Made by a program: the position numbers and the translations under genes. Shown here one piece after another: positions 60,341-64,000 of a DNA stretch of 64,000 nucleotides; the first letter of the stretch is position 1, and each line of letters begins with the position of its first letter. The notes beneath the pieces were generated by a model. The model saw only the letters and a list, made by a program, of their open reading frames with translations, ran no database searches and had not been told where the DNA came from. Source of the DNA: Candidatus Campbellbacteria bacterium. Lineage in GTDB: Bacteria > Patescibacteriota > Minisyncoccia > Phycocordibacterales > EsbW-18. Location of the stretch: assembly GCA_024653945.1 (NCBI GenBank), contig JANLIT010000001.1, positions 20,641 through 84,640 of the forward strand. Reading direction: 5' to 3'.

Positions 60341-60736
60341 ATGAAAAAAACAACAAAAAAGGTGGCGACGGGAGCAGGAATCGCAGTACTCGCAGCAGCG
60401 GCCGCAGGAACATATTTCTTTTACGGGTCAAAACATGCGAAGAAAAATCGTGCTACAGCCAAGGCGTGGTCACACAAAGCAAAAAACGAAGTTATACAAA
60501 AACTAAAGAAAGCGTCAACGATAACCGAAAAAGGATACCACGCAACAGTTAAAGAGGTTGCTGGACGTTACAAAAAACTACAGAAACTTGACCCTAAAGA
60601 AGTCGCCGTGTTTGTGTCAGAACTCAAAAGTCATTGGAAAAATATTTCAAAGGAATTAAAAGCTGGAACAAAAACTGTTCATCACACAAAGAAACCAACC
60701 GCAAAAAAGAAATCGGCCAAGAAAACAAGAAAATAG
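60341..60736 (+). CDS. basic YtxH-like hypothetical protein
   Basis: AAAAAGTYFFYGSK; Lys-rich tail. Confidence 0.75.
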   Translation: MKKTTKKVATGAGIAVLAAAAAGTYFFYGSKHAKKNRATAKAWSHKAKNEVIQKLKKASTITEKGYHATVKEVAGRYKKLQKLDPKEVAVFVSELKSHWKNISKELKAGTKTVHHTKKPTAKKKSAKKTRK

Positions 60737-60790
60737 GCCCCTAAAGTAAAAAACACCCATTCGGGTGTTTTTTACTGCTATACTGGTTGT

Positions 60791-61996
60791 ATGAAAAAAA
60801 TCCACTCTCTTTCTTGGTTGGTGGTTCTGTTCTGTCTTCTATTGATTAGTATGACTGTGGCTCCCTCTTCCGTCCACGCAAACACTGATTTAAAAATATC
60901 AGGATGGATTCCCTACTGGGCAGTATCCAGTGGCACAAAAGATGCACGAAAAAATATTGATGCATTCTCGGCTATTTTTCCTTTTAACTATTCCGTAAAA
61001 AGTGACGGTTCCCTGCTTGATTTAGGAAAAATCAAACAAAGTGCATGGAAGAAGTTGTTCACTGTAGCAAAAAAGAAAGATGTGCTTGTCATTCCAACAG
61101 TTATGTGGAGCAACACGGGTGCCATATACACAGTATTGAACAACCCAAACCTTAGAGCAAAACATATTGGAGAGATTGTAACGATGGTGAAAAAGCAAAA
61201 GTTTGATGGTGTGGACATTGATTATGAAGGAAAGAGTGCCGAAACATATACTTCTTTTGCACTTTTTCTCAAAGAGCTCAAAAAGAAACTTGGAAAAAGA
61301 AAAGTTCTCTCGTGCACCATTGAAGCACGAACTCCACCAGATTCTCTCTACAAAACAATTCCCACCGACTTGCGCTATGCGAATGATTACAATGCAATTG
61401 CAAAATACTGTGATCGTGTGAACATCATGACCTATGACCAGCAACGCGCAGATCTCAAACTCAACGACGCACACGTTGGGGAAGCATATATCCCCATGTC
61501 AGACCCCGCGTGGGTCCGCAAGGTCATTGAGTTGACACTACAGACCATTCCTAAAGAAAAAATCTCACTTGGCGTTCCCACATATGGACATGAGTATGAG
61601 GTTATCGTACGCTCTGGAGCATATCAGGAGTATGGGAAGACTGGTGCGTTCAATCCTTCGTATGGAATCAAGACCGCGAAACAATACGGTATCACACCCG
61701 AGCGTAGTGACGCTGGCGAGTTGAGTTTTACGTTCTCTCTCCTCCCAACGGCGCCACAATTCCTATATAACGCACCCATCCCAACAAACACATCCAGCGC
61801 AAATCGAGTTGCAGCACAATCATTTGCATACACAAAGGCGACCGGGCTCGCGTCAGTGTTCTATTATGCAACGTGGAGTGATGCGGAAGCTATCAGACAA
61901 AAGATTGAGCTTGCGCGGGAATATGGACTTGCGGGTATTGCACTTTTTAAAATTGACGGTAACGAAGATTCCGCCATGTGGAAACTCTTTGATTAA
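60791..61996 (+). CDS. secreted glycoside hydrolase family 18
   Basis: FDGVDIDYE, IMTYD, LGVPTYG, GLAGIALF. Confidence 0.9.
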   Translation: MKKIHSLSWLVVLFCLLLISMTVAPSSVHANTDLKISGWIPYWAVSSGTKDARKNIDAFSAIFPFNYSVKSDGSLLDLGKIKQSAWKKLFTVAKKKDVLVIPTVMWSNTGAIYTVLNNPNLRAKHIGEIVTMVKKQKFDGVDIDYEGKSAETYTSFALFLKELKKKLGKRKVLSCTIEARTPPDSLYKTIPTDLRYANDYNAIAKYCDRVNIMTYDQQRADLKLNDAHVGEAYIPMSDPAWVRKVIELTLQTIPKEKISLGVPTYGHEYEVIVRSGAYQEYGKTGAFNPSYGIKTAKQYGITPERSDAGELSFTFSLLPTAPQFLYNAPIPTNTSSANRVAAQSFAYTKATGLASVFYYATWSDAEAIRQKIELAREYGLAGIALFKIDGNEDSAMWKLFD

Positions 61997-62010
61997 AAAA
62001 TACCGCTAAA

Positions 62011-62727
62011 CTATTTATTATTTCGGAGATATGTAAGTGTTATTGCACGAAACCCAAAGAAAAGAAGTGGTACTGCAATAATCTGTAAAACTGATATCCA
62101 CGGCGACGAAATAACCGACAAATACCAAAAAGATTGTTGAGGTAAACCAACTTGAACAAAGATATAAAGCAGAGATGTTACCAAAAGTGTTAGTACCCCC
62201 GACATGACAAAAAAGATGCCTGATTTTGAAACGACAGAAAACGAAGACAGTTGTTGTTGTTTAATATCTCGGAGTTTAAAAAGTAAAAATATCTGCATTG
62301 GAATAAAGAAGAGTACGTGCGAAAGCCACACGGGAGCATAGTTTGTATCAAATGTAGGAATTAAAAAGCTTAGGGAAAAATACACACCCGAGAGAATGAG
62401 TACTATGGCCGACACAACAGTAAAAGCTTTATGGTGAGAAAACGGTTTCAGCATAGCAAGCACTTCTATAAATAAAAAGTATGCGAGAAGATGCAGAATA
62501 AGTGTTATGAAAAAAAATGGATATAAATCACGCTGAACAACGGTAATGTTTGCGTTTATAATAATGTTTGGCATTTTAAACAAAAGAAGAAATACAAATC
62601 CAAAAGTTAAATACAAATGAAATGCATGTTTTCTTCCGCTTAAAAACCACAGCACAAGAAAATAGAGGCCACTTACAATAGAGACCAAAAAAGCAATCCC
62701 TGCGAGGAGAAAATTTGTGGTAATCAT
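62011..62727 (-). CDS. 7-TM membrane protein
   Basis: Seven hydrophobic segments; AT-rich. Confidence 0.7.
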   Translation of the reverse strand: MITTNFLLAGIAFLVSIVSGLYFLVLWFLSGRKHAFHLYLTFGFVFLLLFKMPNIIINANITVVQRDLYPFFFITLILHLLAYFLFIEVLAMLKPFSHHKAFTVVSAIVLILSGVYFSLSFLIPTFDTNYAPVWLSHVLFFIPMQIFLLFKLRDIKQQQLSSFSVVSKSGIFFVMSGVLTLLVTSLLYIFVQVGLPQQSFWYLSVISSPWISVLQIIAVPLLFFGFRAITLTYLRNNK

Positions 62728-62863
62728 GTATAGTAAGAATAGTAACGCTTATAGTAAGAATAGTAACGCTACACAAAAAAATTGCAAACAAGCACTGTCT
62801 TGATATACCATTATATACGTGAATATAACAAAAACCCGCCACCTGGCGGGTTTTTTAAAATCG

Positions 62864-63277
62864 TTATTCTGTTACCACCACCGTTCCCTGCATTGAAGGA
62901 TGCAGTGAGCAGGTGTATTGGAATACTCCAACAGTATCAAAGGTAAAAGAGAATGTAGCGCCCGTGGCCAATGAGACGCTTGATGGGCCAGCACCTCCAA
63001 CCACACTTACCGTGTGTGGTGCACTATCCTTGTTCGTCCATGTAACCGATGTTCCTTTCTTCACCGTAACCGTCTTCGGAGAAAAGGCAAAATTTTCTAT
63101 TGCTACAGACGCCGTAGGCACTAAAAATTCTGCTGTTGGTGGCAGTGTTGTTGGTGTCACTGTTGTTGTGGTTGTTCCTGGGTCCGTGGGAGGAACGAGA
63201 ACGGCTGGTTTTCGTACCCACATAACACCGAGAACAACAAGAATAATAATAACAATCCAAATAATGAGTGATTTCAT
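62864..63277 (-). CDS. membrane-anchored cupredoxin/plastocyanin-like copper protein
   Basis: FAFSP, WTNKDSAPHTV, YTCSLHPSMQG. Confidence 0.9.
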   Translation of the reverse strand: MKSLIIWIVIIILVVLGVMWVRKPAVLVPPTDPGTTTTTVTPTTLPPTAEFLVPTASVAIENFAFSPKTVTVKKGTSVTWTNKDSAPHTVSVVGGAGPSSVSLATGATFSFTFDTVGVFQYTCSLHPSMQGTVVVTE

Positions 63278-63466
63278 ATGTATAAAATTTATTTGTAATA
63301 CTATGTTTTGCACGGAGAGTGTCTCATGGTCCGTGTTTAAATTTTATCGTACAATGTCTTTATACGATTTCATTGTATCAAAGTATGTATAAAACTTACA
63401 CAAAGAAAAGGCCGACCCTAGAAAAGGCCGGCTGTTACTACCCCCAACACCACGAGTGGCGCCAAT

Positions 63467-63868
63467 CTAGTGCTGTTGGCAGGCTTCAATAAAGCGATTT
63501 GTAACATGGAACACACCCCTATCATCCTGAACCAGCAGAACTTGGTCAGGAGACATCCACTGCGGTGAAGCCATGTCCAGCCACGAACACCAGAAGCCGA
63601 AGAACACCAGATTTGGGTCCCAGAGGTTCTCTTCATAGAACTTCATCAGTTCTTGAAGATGAAACCCTGCCCAGAGGTCGCCCTTTTTTCTCTGGAAAAA
63701 GAGAACCAACCTTCCCGCCGACACCTCAACCTCAAGCTTGCCGAACCTGCCGGTAGCTCCCGTTGGTCGGACGGAAATGTCACTTGGCCTGGTGGACTGT
63801 CTACCGTGCAGGTTCTCAGTAGATTCCCCAAGAACTCTGAACTCTGCTACTGAAAAGGACATTGGCAC
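63467..63868 (-). CDS. orphan hypothetical protein
   Basis: SD GAGGAG before GTG; terminator aaaaggccg..aaggccgg region at ~63405-63430. Confidence 0.55.
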   Translation of the reverse strand: MPMSFSVAEFRVLGESTENLHGRQSTRPSDISVRPTGATGRFGKLEVEVSAGRLVLFFQRKKGDLWAGFHLQELMKFYEENLWDPNLVFFGFWCSWLDMASPQWMSPDQVLLVQDDRGVFHVTNRFIEACQQH

Positions 63869-64000
63869 TCCTCTCTAGGTGTTTTTGATATCGTTCTGGG
63901 GAAACCTTAGCACACAAAAGAACGCAGGGAAATGCTTTACTTCAAATGCTACTTTCCGATACAATGAAAGAATATGAGATTCGGCATATTTGAATCAGGA

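Overview
AT-rich, streamlined bacterial chromosome segment (standard genetic code) with gene content and repeat style typical of Patescibacteria/CPR, probably Parcubacteria (inference). The backbone is housekeeping: rpoC (partial), rpoB, trmD, khpA, rpsP, rnr, a short smc, rnc, nusB-NUDIX, rpmF, rnhB, dnaE, thrS, tag, tRNA-Glu, murF/ftsI/rsmH/mraZ, lysS, greA, mrdA/mreC/mreB, proS, rseP, frr, mnmA, def/fmt and hpf. GC-richer orphan cassettes with their own promoter, Shine-Dalgarno and terminator are interspersed. The most unusual locus is 29400-30590, which has no credible ORF. It holds two divergent, promoter- and terminator-delimited, highly structured RNA genes: a ~730 nt minus-strand RNA and a ~270 nt plus-strand RNA. 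The plus-strand RNA carries a free-standing copy of the 23S rRNA L1 stalk (H76-H78) next to a tRNA-like T arm. Other notable items are a probable orphan DGR target gene, a structured 5' leader element present at three loci, several palindromic/REP-like repeat families, a low-GC HEPN-like gene near the tRNA, and a hinge-less SMC. All structure and homology calls were made by eye, with no database searches.
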